Origin: a bacterium
Lineage (GTDB): Bacteria; Patescibacteriota; Minisyncoccia; Phycocordibacterales; Zambryskibacteraceae
Assembly: GCA_030650605.1 (NCBI GenBank)
Contig: JAUSDP010000020.1
Location: forward strand, 83,282-147,281
Length of the DNA stretch: 64,000 nucleotides
Reading direction: 5' to 3'
Positions within the stretch are counted from its first letter, which is position 1; each line of letters opens with the position of its first letter. The position numbers and the translations under genes are program-made. The notes under the pieces were generated by a model. The model made no database searches, was not told the origin of the DNA, and worked only from the letters and a program-made list of their open reading frames with translations. Of the stretch, positions 38,969-48,808 are shown one piece after another.

Positions 38969-40236
38969 AAGAGCGCGGGGAATGTGGCGGAGCCGATTGC
39001 GCTACTGAAGGAATCAAATTGATACAACAAGACCTATTTGCCTCAATAACTGCCGCCTACGCGAATGCGAGTGGAGGAAAGCTTGAAAATAATGCGCTCT
39101 ATTCGGCTATTTCCGATTCAATAGCGCTAGAACAACGTATTCCAATTGGAGCGTCAGGAGATCTTCACAATCCTGCAAAACGACAAATTCGATGGTATCA
39201 GCAGACATTAAAGCGGCTTGGCCTTATCGAGCGCGTGGATCGCGGTGTCTGGCAATTGACAAGTACAGTCAAAGACGAACTTCATCGTGCAACTGCTGAA
39301 GTCAAGTTAGTGGCTTTTAGTACTGATCTTGGTGTCGCTATATGGGCGAGACAGCAGGATTTTTTTTCCGCAATCCAAGAACCTATTTCTCTCTGTATAA
39401 CCTCCCCACCTTACCCGCTTCGCAACGCCCGTGCTTACGGAAATCCTAGTAGCGCCGAGTACGTTGACTTTGTATGTAAATCACTGGAATCTATCGTAAA
39501 AAATTTGGTACCAGGTGCGAGCGTCATACTGAACATTTCCAACGATATCTTTGAGCACAAAAGCCCAGCTAGATCTCTCTATGTCGAACGCTTGGTCATT
39601 GCATTACATGACCGTCTTGGCTTGCATTTGATGGATCGTATTCCATGGGTGAATCTAAGCAAACCACCTGGACCAACACATTGGGCATGCGTGAATCGAG
39701 TTCAACTCAGCGCTGCGTACGAACCCATTTTTTGGTTCACTAATGATCCACATAAAGTGCGCTCAGACAATCGGCGTGTACTTGAAGCGCATACCGAAAA
39801 ACATCAGAAACTAATGGAGTCCGGTGGTGCCAACCGCTATGGCAGTTATGGCGATGGCGCGTATACAATCAGACCGCATTCTTATGGAAAACTCACGGCG
39901 GGGAAAATACCAAGAAATGTTATTCAGCGTGGTCATTCCTGCAAAGATACTCTTAACTACCGCAACATTGCCAAATCACTTTCTCTGCCTGTTCACGGAG
40001 CAATGCAACCAACCAGCATTCCTGATTTTTTCATTCGACTTTTGACTGAACCTGATGAACTAGTAGTTGATCCTTTTGGAGGGACAATTCGCACTGGTTT
40101 GGCAGCGGAAAGGTTAGGTCGCCGCTGGATGGTCACTGAATGGATTGCCGAATATTTGCGAGGAGCCGCTGAACTTTTTCGCCAGAAAGCTGGTTTTAAC
40201 TTACATCCGGCTTTCCATCATCTGGGAAGTATTTAA
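38965..40236 (+). CDS. beta-class DNA N6-adenine/N4-cytosine methyltransferase (orphan)
   Basis: Motif IV CITSPPYPL precedes motif I VVDPFGGTIRTG (a beta-class permutation). Confidence 0.7.
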   Translation: MKERGECGGADCATEGIKLIQQDLFASITAAYANASGGKLENNALYSAISDSIALEQRIPIGASGDLHNPAKRQIRWYQQTLKRLGLIERVDRGVWQLTSTVKDELHRATAEVKLVAFSTDLGVAIWARQQDFFSAIQEPISLCITSPPYPLRNARAYGNPSSAEYVDFVCKSLESIVKNLVPGASVILNISNDIFEHKSPARSLYVERLVIALHDRLGLHLMDRIPWVNLSKPPGPTHWACVNRVQLSAAYEPIFWFTNDPHKVRSDNRRVLEAHTEKHQKLMESGGANRYGSYGDGAYTIRPHSYGKLTAGKIPRNVIQRGHSCKDTLNYRNIAKSLSLPVHGAMQPTSIPDFFIRLLTEPDELVVDPFGGTIRTGLAAERLGRRWMVTEWIAEYLRGAAELFRQKAGFNLHPAFHHLGSI

Positions 40237-40238
40237 AT

Positions 40239-40520
40239 ATGTTCCCACCTGATATGCAATTTGATTTCAAATGTGAACGGCATGATGCGTGCGGCGGATA
40301 TTGCAGAACGCTCGAACAATATCAGTTTGAACTGTGTGAAAAATGTATGGAATTTGATATTCGAGAAGTCAATCGTCAAATTTCTATCACTCGACGTCGC
40401 GAAGAATTGAAGAGCATTCATCGGAATCGAACTGCACCATTACCCGCTATCGTTGAGCTTCCACTAAAGAATTCCTGGAGAAAGTTTGAATCCGTAGTTC
40501 GTTTTATAGTGAAAAAATAG
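40239..40520 (+). CDS. small Cys-rich (zinc-ribbon-like) protein
   Basis: CERHDACGGYC ... CEKC pattern; 93 aa. Confidence 0.3.
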   Translation: MFPPDMQFDFKCERHDACGGYCRTLEQYQFELCEKCMEFDIREVNRQISITRRREELKSIHRNRTAPLPAIVELPLKNSWRKFESVVRFIVKK

Positions 40521-40621
40521 ACGGGCAAGTAGGCAAGAAGCTCAAGAGTGTGTGTGACGCAACTGTTATCTGTCCGCCGTACGTTTCCAAGAAAAAATTT
40601 AGAAAACTGTAAGAGAAAACC

Positions 40622-42988
40622 ATGACTATCGCAACGATTGAAAGCCGGCTAAGGGACGAACACGAATTTCACGCTTTTGAAGTTGACGCCGCAATAGTGA
40701 ACGATCTTATTTATCGACAAAATGGCACGATTTCAACAGCGTTACGCGAGTTGGTAATGAATGCTTTCGATGCCAACTCCGAAAAAGTGGAACTTTTGAT
40801 CTGGGCCGAAGGATTTGACGTTAAAGACGTTGGCGACGGATTCGAGGATGAATCATCCATCATGCGAAACTTCAAACGTTTTGGCACGCCTCACAAAGAA
40901 GGTGATGCAAAATATGGACGCTTCCGAATCGGGCGGGGCCAAGTGATGGCTTTCGCACAAACCACATGGCACTCCAAGACTTACCAGATGATCACAGACG
41001 TCAGATCAAAGGATGCTGGCTTTTTGCTCAAGAAAGACGTTAATCCCTACGATGGCTGTCACGTGTATGGTGAGTTTTACACTCCCCTCGATACGCACGA
41101 ATTACTTCGCGCAATTGAAGACGTCACTAAGTTGGTGCGCTATTCGCCGTGGCCAGTTTTCATCAACCAAATACAAGTGAACGTTCAAGATGGCGTAGTT
41201 TGGGACTATGAAGACGATAAACTCAAAATCAGTTTCAACCCGAAAGGTCGGTACGGCATCAATCTTTATTCGTTAGGTATCCTTGTTAAAGAACTTCAAA
41301 TGTACCGGTATGGAATCACAGCAGATGTTGTAACAAAGCAGGCATTACAGCTCAACATGGCTCGAAATGAAATTAACGAAAATGATCCACTTTGGAGGCA
41401 TGTTCACAATGTGCTGCGCGAAGAACTGCGTAAGCGACAGGGGAACAAAAGCAAACTCACGGAATCTGAAAGACAAGCAGTCATCGATCAGTTTCATTGC
41501 AAAGAGATTGGTTTTTGTGAAATAGCAAAGCTTCCTTTGCTTAAAGATGTCAGGGGCAAGCCATCCTCGTTTTATACCCAACTAGCAAAAAAACGTCCAT
41601 GGACCGTATCTGAAGAAAATCAAGCGCGTATTGCCGACACGGTAAGCACGCGAGGAAATGCATTTGTGCTTCCGCGTTCAGAGTTAGACATATGGCGCGT
41701 AAAGTCGATCGATGCCTTAATTTCCACCGCAAAAAATAACCTAGGGGATGGATGCGAGGAAAATAATGCTCGATTTTATCGTCGCTTACTAAGTGAAGTC
41801 GAGGTAGCGCCGTTTGAGAAGATTAGCGCAGGCGTTAATGATCAGTATGCGTTGATTCCGTTGAGCGACCTGACAGAGATGGAGTGTGCTCAGCGGAATG
41901 CATTGCAATACACGGCCGCTAATATGAGTAAACGCCTTGAAAAGTTGCATGGTGAGCCTATAGGGAAGCGGAAATTGCACATTGGCGTAAGTCATTCGGT
42001 GGCCTGGACAGATTCAAGCACCTATATCGCGTTTAACAGAAAAACCTTGTCGTTGTTTGACAATGGCATGCAAGGGTTAACCCAACTGGTGGCGATCCTT
42101 CTACATGAACTGACACACCGTGATGGGAGTATTAGTAGTAATGGCCACGACATGGCATTTTACGAAAATTTTCATGACGCCGTGATCTGTGCGTCGATCC
42201 AAAACGAGGTGTTAGGAAATGCTATAACGTCACTGCGCAATCAATACACGACAGAACTTACGAACCGAAATCTTCCATTTCCTAAATGGATGGCGGAGCG
42301 TGATCAAAGCTCCATTCAGATTTCGCTCTTGGGCAGTGCACCAACCCCATTGCTTACGTGGTTTCTCAATCTCGTCGAGTTGCAGCCCGTTAAGGGGCGC
42401 GGGAAGATTGAACTTAATGCTAGCAGCCAAAGATTACAAGATTTGCGTGGAATGGTGGACAAACGGGTAGACGCAATGTTGAGGAAGCATGGCCTTCCAG
42501 TGGAGCAAATGACGGATTTCGACCACCTGTCTGACTATGCTGAGCGGGCTAAAAAATATGCAGAGTCAAGACTACCAAATGTAAAAATAATGCTTGCAAA
42601 AGAAGGACTATTAGTGACTGATCTTGCTGCGAAAATTCTTTCAGGTTACACGGGATTTTCCAGGCGCTGTCAATTTGGAGGTTTGACTGCTCTTGCAGAG
42701 GATGAGGGATTTGGTGTCAAGTCTTTACACAAGGAATACAGGCGCAATATAAAGATAATGGCAGGCAAAGGATTCAGTTACAGCAGTAATTTCCGCGACG
42801 ACTGGCGAGATCGAGATATGACAGCAGAGAGTCTAGCGGATGGAGGTAAAGAAGCAAGGTTTGCACATTATAGAAATGTTTTGGAAGAACTCGTGGACGG
42901 CATTACGGATCCAGCCGAGAAGGAAGAATTTTTAGATCGAGCCTTTAGCGACAATATGAGGAAATCGTTGAATGAAGCCAAAAAATGA
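40622..42988 (+). CDS. GHKL (Hsp90/MORC/MutL-type) ATPase domain protein with a C-terminal HExxH (WLM/SprT/DUF45-like) zincin motif
   Basis: N-box ELVMNAFDA, G1 DVGDGF and G2 GRFRIGRGQV; C-terminal LLHELTHRDGSISSNGHDMAFYENF. Confidence 0.5.
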   Translation: MTIATIESRLRDEHEFHAFEVDAAIVNDLIYRQNGTISTALRELVMNAFDANSEKVELLIWAEGFDVKDVGDGFEDESSIMRNFKRFGTPHKEGDAKYGRFRIGRGQVMAFAQTTWHSKTYQMITDVRSKDAGFLLKKDVNPYDGCHVYGEFYTPLDTHELLRAIEDVTKLVRYSPWPVFINQIQVNVQDGVVWDYEDDKLKISFNPKGRYGINLYSLGILVKELQMYRYGITADVVTKQALQLNMARNEINENDPLWRHVHNVLREELRKRQGNKSKLTESERQAVIDQFHCKEIGFCEIAKLPLLKDVRGKPSSFYTQLAKKRPWTVSEENQARIADTVSTRGNAFVLPRSELDIWRVKSIDALISTAKNNLGDGCEENNARFYRRLLSEVEVAPFEKISAGVNDQYALIPLSDLTEMECAQRNALQYTAANMSKRLEKLHGEPIGKRKLHIGVSHSVAWTDSSTYIAFNRKTLSLFDNGMQGLTQLVAILLHELTHRDGSISSNGHDMAFYENFHDAVICASIQNEVLGNAITSLRNQYTTELTNRNLPFPKWMAERDQSSIQISLLGSAPTPLLTWFLNLVELQPVKGRGKIELNASSQRLQDLRGMVDKRVDAMLRKHGLPVEQMTDFDHLSDYAERAKKYAESRLPNVKIMLAKEGLLVTDLAAKILSGYTGFSRRCQFGGLTALAEDEGFGVKSLHKEYRRNIKIMAGKGFSYSSNFRDDWRDRDMTAESLADGGKEARFAHYRNVLEELVDGITDPAEKEEFLDRAFSDNMRKSLNEAKK

Positions 42989-43076
42989 GAGCCGAAACGA
43001 ACTTGATATTCTACTCTTTGGCACCGACTGCTCAGGCGCGAATAGGCGTTAAGTACATTAGATCGAGGAAAATAGT

Positions 43077-43385
43077 ATGAAAAGTACACAGGAACAAGTT
43101 GAGCGCGGGATTGAATTATTGACGCTCTGCCAGAATTTGCAATCTGATAAAGATGGGGTCGAGCGCTCTGAACCTTTTAAAGTTGGAGCGCACGACGCGT
43201 TTTCAAAAGATATTGAGCAGGCTTGCACAAACCTTGCGGCATTGAATAAATTGATACCAATGATGCTAAAGCTTGCCGAAATTGGGCGCAAATTGGAGAG
43301 TGCAAAGAAAATCGAAGTCGATTATGGCGGCGATTATTCAGAAGCGGCATTGAAATATCTGGCTGCAGAACATCACTGCCAATAA
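43077..43385 (+). CDS. hypothetical protein
   Basis: 102-aa ORF following the GHKL gene. Confidence 0.25.
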   Translation: MKSTQEQVERGIELLTLCQNLQSDKDGVERSEPFKVGAHDAFSKDIEQACTNLAALNKLIPMMLKLAEIGRKLESAKKIEVDYGGDYSEAALKYLAAEHHCQ

Positions 43386-43425
43386 TTGCAAAGTGGGAGC
43401 CGCCTGATGTTGTGGCACCCCCAAT

Positions 43426-43830
43426 TTACTCTATTTGACCGCTTTCCAAAGCTGCCCTGATCATTTCAAGGTGCGATGGTTTAAATGTTTCCAAGACTTT
43501 AAAAAGTGTGCTTGCCTGGCGTTTTCTTGCATCTACTGTGACATGCATATACTCAAGTAGCCCTGGGGTGCGCCTTGCCAGTATGGCGATCAACTCCATC
43601 GCATGCGGCAGTGGCAGCACCGCGATCAGAGCATCTAGCTCTGCGGTGGACGCCATGAGATTTTTTATCGGTGTCGCTTCTATTTTTTCCAACATCTTGT
43701 CGCAAACAACGTCAATGTTCCGATTTCTTGAGAATCGTTTGGTTAGAAGATTTTTCAGATAATTGATGGAATGAGATTTGGTGATCATCGCTGAATCCAG
43801 GTTAATTATTGAAGGCAAATTGGTTGCCAA
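43426..43830 (-). CDS. hypothetical protein (partner of the upstream ATPase; 25-bp overlap)
   Basis: 134-aa helical ORF; its start overlaps the ATPase stop. Confidence 0.3.
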   Translation of the reverse strand: MATNLPSIINLDSAMITKSHSINYLKNLLTKRFSRNRNIDVVCDKMLEKIEATPIKNLMASTAELDALIAVLPLPHAMELIAILARRTPGLLEYMHVTVDARKRQASTLFKVLETFKPSHLEMIRAALESGQIE

Positions 43831-45368
43831 ATATTTTCATTGGAACCCTTGTTCTTAATCTGAACCATTGCGGTTTTCGTCAGTTTTATCCATTTAAGAT
43901 AATCTTCGGTAATCCGCATCTTTACTGAGGAAGGACGCCAATACATCTCGTCAATACCGAGAATGATTTTTGTTGCCACGCAACTGAGAAAATCATCTGA
44001 AAAGTGGGTTGGATTTTGACTGGCACATATAAGCGCCATACCAAATTTTCGCGCTTCTTTTGCGATCGTGTTGATAATATTGTCTGGGTCATCATCACTA
44101 TACAAGTGCGCCTCATCAAGAATAATTACATGCGTAATATGATCTTGTTCCCCATTTTTTACTGCATTGGCGAAGCTTTCTTCCAAACTAAAGAGCGTAA
44201 ATAACTTATTTTCTTCTGGATTCAACGCGGGAGTAACATAGCGCCAGACTATTTTTGACTTGTCGAACGGTGGTTCTTTCGATTTGTAGATTCCGGTAGA
44301 TACTAAGTTTTCAAGTCGATCCACAACCGATTTCAGCACATCCGTACTGTCGTATTTCATTACATCATCTAACTCGCGCCCGGTTCGAATTGACTGGGCG
44401 TATTTAGTATAGGAGGCCAGAACTTTTGCTAAACTTTTTTCAATCTCCTCATCCATTTTCTCTTTATCGTCTGCTGCCGCACCCCGGCGCATTCCTTCAG
44501 TCACTTTTCGATGATAATTTGTACTGGCTCGGTTGTGGATGTCTAAATAGGTGATGGCTTCCTGATCTGCTCCCATGAACGACATTTTAAGTATTCGTTT
44601 CGCCAGGTTGAGCGCGTCTTCAAGCGTTGGATTTGTGCGTCCTGATCGCTTTGGAGGCCATCTGGTGAGCCCATCTTTGTAAATATCTGCTGGGACCCAC
44701 CAACATGTTTTCTCTGGATCCCAGCGTGCACCTAACGCCTTTGCTTGATCTTTTTCTCCAATAGGAACGGCAAGATACAAGCGGCCATCAGAGCCATCAG
44801 ATAAGAGATGATCTTCTCTTTCATCGATAGTCCATGTGGCCGGGTCGTCTTGTTTGAACCCATGCAGCGTATACAGATCGTAGAGGATATTGCGCAAACA
44901 AGCTTCCTGTTTTCCCCCGAGCTGGCGCATGACACGATTCATGTTGGAGATAAATCGTTGGACCCGTTTTCTAACGCCGCCAAAATGAGGATCCGGATCT
45001 ATTTTTAACGGATTCAAACCGTAGTTCGACTGTTCAGAAAATGACATTGAACTGGCCCCCTCAATCCTAATGTCTCCGTGTCGATCAAATATCGAGATGC
45101 GAAGATCAGCCTTGTTCGTTGCCGTCGCTTCCATGTCGCCGATTATTTTGCGCAGCGTATAGGTTTTCCCGGCGCCACTCATTCCAATCAAAAGCATGTG
45201 TCCGTTCGCTGTTTTCTGAGTATCAATTTGAATGGATTTAATTTTTGATTCTTTTCTGGCAACGGCGCATTCGCCAATATTTACTAGCATCTTGTCCTCA
45301 TCATTTTCTGTATTACGAGTTTTTCTGTCTGTTGCTTTAATGGTGTTTTTCAGTATATTATGCATCAT
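43806..45368 (-). CDS. P-loop NTPase with a widely split Walker A/B (HerA/FtsK-like) and a DUF5710-like insertion
   Basis: Walker A LLIGMSGAGKTYTL (about aa 60) and Walker B HVIILDEAHLY (about aa 420); inserted motif KALGARWDPEKTCWWVP. Confidence 0.5.
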   Translation of the reverse strand: MMHNILKNTIKATDRKTRNTENDEDKMLVNIGECAVARKESKIKSIQIDTQKTANGHMLLIGMSGAGKTYTLRKIIGDMEATATNKADLRISIFDRHGDIRIEGASSMSFSEQSNYGLNPLKIDPDPHFGGVRKRVQRFISNMNRVMRQLGGKQEACLRNILYDLYTLHGFKQDDPATWTIDEREDHLLSDGSDGRLYLAVPIGEKDQAKALGARWDPEKTCWWVPADIYKDGLTRWPPKRSGRTNPTLEDALNLAKRILKMSFMGADQEAITYLDIHNRASTNYHRKVTEGMRRGAAADDKEKMDEEIEKSLAKVLASYTKYAQSIRTGRELDDVMKYDSTDVLKSVVDRLENLVSTGIYKSKEPPFDKSKIVWRYVTPALNPEENKLFTLFSLEESFANAVKNGEQDHITHVIILDEAHLYSDDDPDNIINTIAKEARKFGMALICASQNPTHFSDDFLSCVATKIILGIDEMYWRPSSVKMRITEDYLKWIKLTKTAMVQIKNKGSNENIWQPICLQ

Positions 45369-45423
45369 ACGCTAAACAATTAGCAATTCAATGAGTAGCA
45401 AACAACCGTTAAGAAAGTCTTGA

Positions 45424-46116
45424 ATGGCCGGAATTTTCAAAAAAATAGTTCGTTTCTATGCATATCCGATCATTCGTCCAGCGGAAATCATCGGTGCTTC
45501 AGTGAAGGCGATCGGTTCTTCACTCAAAGAAGCGTCGGGTAATAACATCGATCCAGATGACCTATTAACGTTTGATGAGGTGAAGGCTAACCGGGAAGCC
45601 GTAGCCGATCTAGTCGAACAGCGCGACCTGCAGCGCGAAAGGGCCGGTAGACGCGTAGGTCTCTTTATATTGGGTGTATTCGCGATCGTATGCGTTGTCG
45701 CTCTTTTTAATTTTGTCGTTGCAATTGGAGCAAGAGATGCCCAATCGGCTAAAGGGCACGCCATCAATTTTCTCGTCGGTTTATTTATCTGCGCTGCCGG
45801 CGCTATTTGGATTCAATCCTTTTTTGCGAAACGAAGTTTGCCTTCTCTTGACGCGCTTTTGGTTCATTTGATTTTGATTAAACGCCTTTTGATTTTGATG
45901 CTCACGGTGTCAATCGCAGTGTTTATTGTCAATTTGGCCTTTGTGCGAGTTATGGGAGTGATTCTGTCCCTCGCTGGTATGTGCTTAATTTTGTCGTACT
46001 TGTTTCGGTATTCCTTGAGGATCGAGCAGTTGAAATCTGGAAGTCAATTATCGGCTAGTAGTTTCTATAGAAAAACTGGTTGGACCAATTTCTTTAATAT
46101 GGAGTTTGGCGAATGA
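45424..46116 (+). CDS. integral membrane protein (4 TM helices) heading the trb-like operon
   Basis: Hydrophobic helices LFILGVFAIVCVVALFNFVVAI, LVGLFICAAGAIWI, LILMLTVSIAVFIVNLAF and VILSLAGMCLILSYLF. Confidence 0.4.
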   Translation: MAGIFKKIVRFYAYPIIRPAEIIGASVKAIGSSLKEASGNNIDPDDLLTFDEVKANREAVADLVEQRDLQRERAGRRVGLFILGVFAIVCVVALFNFVVAIGARDAQSAKGHAINFLVGLFICAAGAIWIQSFFAKRSLPSLDALLVHLILIKRLLILMLTVSIAVFIVNLAFVRVMGVILSLAGMCLILSYLFRYSLRIEQLKSGSQLSASSFYRKTGWTNFFNMEFGE

Positions 46117-46556
46117 TCCCTATTCCCCTTCCAGTACAACTGCCAGTAGATATGCCGCATCAATGTGTCCTCCAGGCCGCGATGGATTATCAAGTGTCGC
46201 CTGCAATTCTTTACGCGATTCGCACAAAAGAAGGTGGCAAGGTTGGGGTGTCTTCGGCCATTAACACCAATAACACGCGGGATCACAATCAAACTCAAAT
46301 TAATGATAAATGGATGAATACATTCTATAAACAGGAAGGTATTCATCCTCAATTACTGGCCAGTGACGCCTGCCTGGGAATACGTGCAACTGCCTACATC
46401 ATTAGATACGAAATCAACCGTGTTGGTGACTTCTGGCGGGGCGTCGGCAATTACCACAGTCGAACGCAAGAGAAAAATAAAAACTACTTAAAAGATATTT
46501 ATCCCTTGTCTATGCAATACGAACAAATATTGCGAAGAAATGGTTGGATTAAATAA
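46113..46556 (+). CDS. possible specialised lytic transglycosylase (IagB/VirB1/P19-like), tentative
   Basis: Segment AIRTKEGG ... SAINTNNTRDHNQTQINDKW resembles the E ... N.N.S.D.GLMQIN signature, but GLMQ is degenerate and no signal peptide was found. Confidence 0.3.
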   Translation: MIPIPLPVQLPVDMPHQCVLQAAMDYQVSPAILYAIRTKEGGKVGVSSAINTNNTRDHNQTQINDKWMNTFYKQEGIHPQLLASDACLGIRATAYIIRYEINRVGDFWRGVGNYHSRTQEKNKNYLKDIYPLSMQYEQILRRNGWIK

Positions 46557-47725
46557 TGGCACAAGGTCAGGCTCAAGGACAAGCAATGTCCCCAGCTTTC
46601 ATGATTGGACTGATGCTCATGGTATTGGCTGGTTTTTCATGGGGCGTCTGGATGTTAATGCATGGCCCTATCAGCTATTGGATCCTGTACGCAAAGTGGA
46701 TAGAAGCAATCCCATTTGCATGGATTCCAGGCCCTCGCTTTTTAGTTGAAAGAATGATTTCTTATGCCCCTCGTTCAGCCCATTTGGAATTTTTGGAGCT
46801 GATGATTGCTATTTACCCAACGTCTCTTCTCTACACCCCGATTGCATTGTATTTTGGGTATCGCTTTTCTAAGACTGCCTATAGCCACCCGCTGAGGAAA
46901 GCGAAAAGGCTACATACCGCTCAATCACTGATGGAGGCACAGGTGAAGAGTTTTTCAGCAATTGCCCCTATTCTTGACCGTGATTTAACTCGTGAAAACC
47001 CGCCAGAGTGGAGGTCATCCGAAGATCCCGATCTATTTGCAAAAAAAAATCGCCTGGTCCGATCAGATGCCACGCTAGATCGAGAACGTGCTGAAATTGT
47101 CTTTGTGGATCACCTTGGACGCCTCCATGACAATGATCCTCGAAAATGGAAACCCCATGAGCAAGCAATGTTTTCCTTGTTTTGCGAAGCTGTGTTTGAG
47201 CCAGAAGACGGTTTTTCAAATGCGGAAATGCTTATCGATGTTCTCAATTATTCTGCCAAATATCGCAATGGAAAACACGTACCAAATTTTTCCTTGGCAA
47301 CTAAGCTGTATCAGAAATGGCTCCCTCGGATTCATACACACGAAGATTTGAAAGACATGATGACGCGGCATCGTTATGTGCGTACCTTAATTTACGCGCT
47401 GATGATGGAAACCACTGACGAGGGGTTTTACGAACATACTAATAAAGGAGTTATGAACTCCGGGCAATTCATATGGCTGAAGCCTGTCGATCGCCAGCTC
47501 TGGTATCCGCTTAATACAGTCGGCAGAAAAACCCCCTTTCTCGAATCAACAGCTGTTTTTACGCAATTTGGCTGCGAAATGACGGCTTGGAAAAATGCTC
47601 ACGTTCTAGTGGAACCTCATTTACACAATGGTGTGGTCGCGTGGGAAGAGGAATTGTTCAGATGTGGACTTGTCCTAAAAGACCCCAGAAAAATAATGAC
47701 CGATAGTTACGATGTCCACGAGTGA
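46556..47725 (+). CDS. DotM/IcmP/TrbA-like inner-membrane T4BSS coupling-complex protein
   Basis: N-terminal TM helices followed by a large cytoplasmic domain; located immediately upstream of a DsbC-like gene and the coupling ATPase, as in R64 trbABC. Confidence 0.45.
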   Translation: MAQGQAQGQAMSPAFMIGLMLMVLAGFSWGVWMLMHGPISYWILYAKWIEAIPFAWIPGPRFLVERMISYAPRSAHLEFLELMIAIYPTSLLYTPIALYFGYRFSKTAYSHPLRKAKRLHTAQSLMEAQVKSFSAIAPILDRDLTRENPPEWRSSEDPDLFAKKNRLVRSDATLDRERAEIVFVDHLGRLHDNDPRKWKPHEQAMFSLFCEAVFEPEDGFSNAEMLIDVLNYSAKYRNGKHVPNFSLATKLYQKWLPRIHTHEDLKDMMTRHRYVRTLIYALMMETTDEGFYEHTNKGVMNSGQFIWLKPVDRQLWYPLNTVGRKTPFLESTAVFTQFGCEMTAWKNAHVLVEPHLHNGVVAWEEELFRCGLVLKDPRKIMTDSYDVHE

Positions 47726-48806
47726 CGCGAAAATTCAACCTAAAGTAGATTGCACAAAAATGAATATCCTTTCAAAACTAAGAGCCCGCCGTTTAGGCGA
47801 AAGTGTATCCATCATCAAAGCAAAAGACGGATTTAACGTCGTTCGTTTGCATTTCCCATACAGCGCATTACCAGGGAAGCCGTTGCACGGATTTTCTATT
47901 GGCATTTCTAACGGGATCCCTGATTTTTTTATCGAGCCTGCGACTGATGCTTTTGACGAAAAAACATTGGATCAAGGCGGTTGGAATTTAACACTAAGAA
48001 ATCACGTTCATAGCAAAGCAGAAGAATCGCTTGTCAAGGCATCAAATGATATTGCTTCCTTACCTGCGGCACCAGCGCCACTCATTCTTGCGTCATTTGA
48101 TACTGAAAAGAACGCTGCATACGCGTTGGATATTGCGCAAGCGGCTTTGAAAAAAAATGGTTCTACTCGAATGATAATGACTCGCTCTAGCACAGCTAAT
48201 CAAAACCATATTTCAAATCAAAAGAGTGGAATTATGAAATGGTCATTGCGATTGGTTACTTCAATTGTTTTCGTCGTTGTTGCATCTTTTCTCTACTTGC
48301 TCGGATCCACTACTGTTTCAGCCAAAAAAACAATTGAAACGGCCACAGCATTGGTAAAAGCGGAGTTACCCAGCGCCGACACAGCGATCCATTACTCATC
48401 AAATACCATCGACAAAAACAAAATTCTTTACATATTCACTGATCCTGGCTGTGAAAATTGCAAAAAATATCACCCGATAGCCTCTGCGTTGCAAAAAAAG
48501 GGTTACGACGTTTGGATATTCCCTTTGGCAGTGATGGAGGGCTCACAACACAGCATTGCAGCGGTCATGTGCAGCGACGATAGAACCTCCGCATGGAATG
48601 CCGTGATGCAGACTGGGCAGATTTTGAATTCACCTACATGCGCGTCAAAAGATGCAGGCGCAATCAATATGAAGTTGTTTGATGCATTTCACTTCAAGGA
48701 TGCGCCAACAACCATACTTGGGAACGGTGTTGTTTTCGAAGGTGTAAAAAGCGCTAGCGACATCGAACAATTGGCGCAGGCGCAAGCACCAGCGGCCATC
48801 CAGTAA
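47712..48806 (+). CDS. TrbB-like DsbC-family thioredoxin-fold protein with an extra N-terminal cytoplasmic domain and an internal TM anchor
   Basis: CENC thioredoxin motif (DPGCENCKKYHP); internal TM helix MKWSLRLVTSIVFVVVASFLYLLG at about aa 195. Confidence 0.5.
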   Translation: MSTSDAKIQPKVDCTKMNILSKLRARRLGESVSIIKAKDGFNVVRLHFPYSALPGKPLHGFSIGISNGIPDFFIEPATDAFDEKTLDQGGWNLTLRNHVHSKAEESLVKASNDIASLPAAPAPLILASFDTEKNAAYALDIAQAALKKNGSTRMIMTRSSTANQNHISNQKSGIMKWSLRLVTSIVFVVVASFLYLLGSTTVSAKKTIETATALVKAELPSADTAIHYSSNTIDKNKILYIFTDPGCENCKKYHPIASALQKKGYDVWIFPLAVMEGSQHSIAAVMCSDDRTSAWNAVMQTGQILNSPTCASKDAGAINMKLFDAFHFKDAPTTILGNGVVFEGVKSASDIEQLAQAQAPAAIQ

Positions 48807-48808
48807 TC

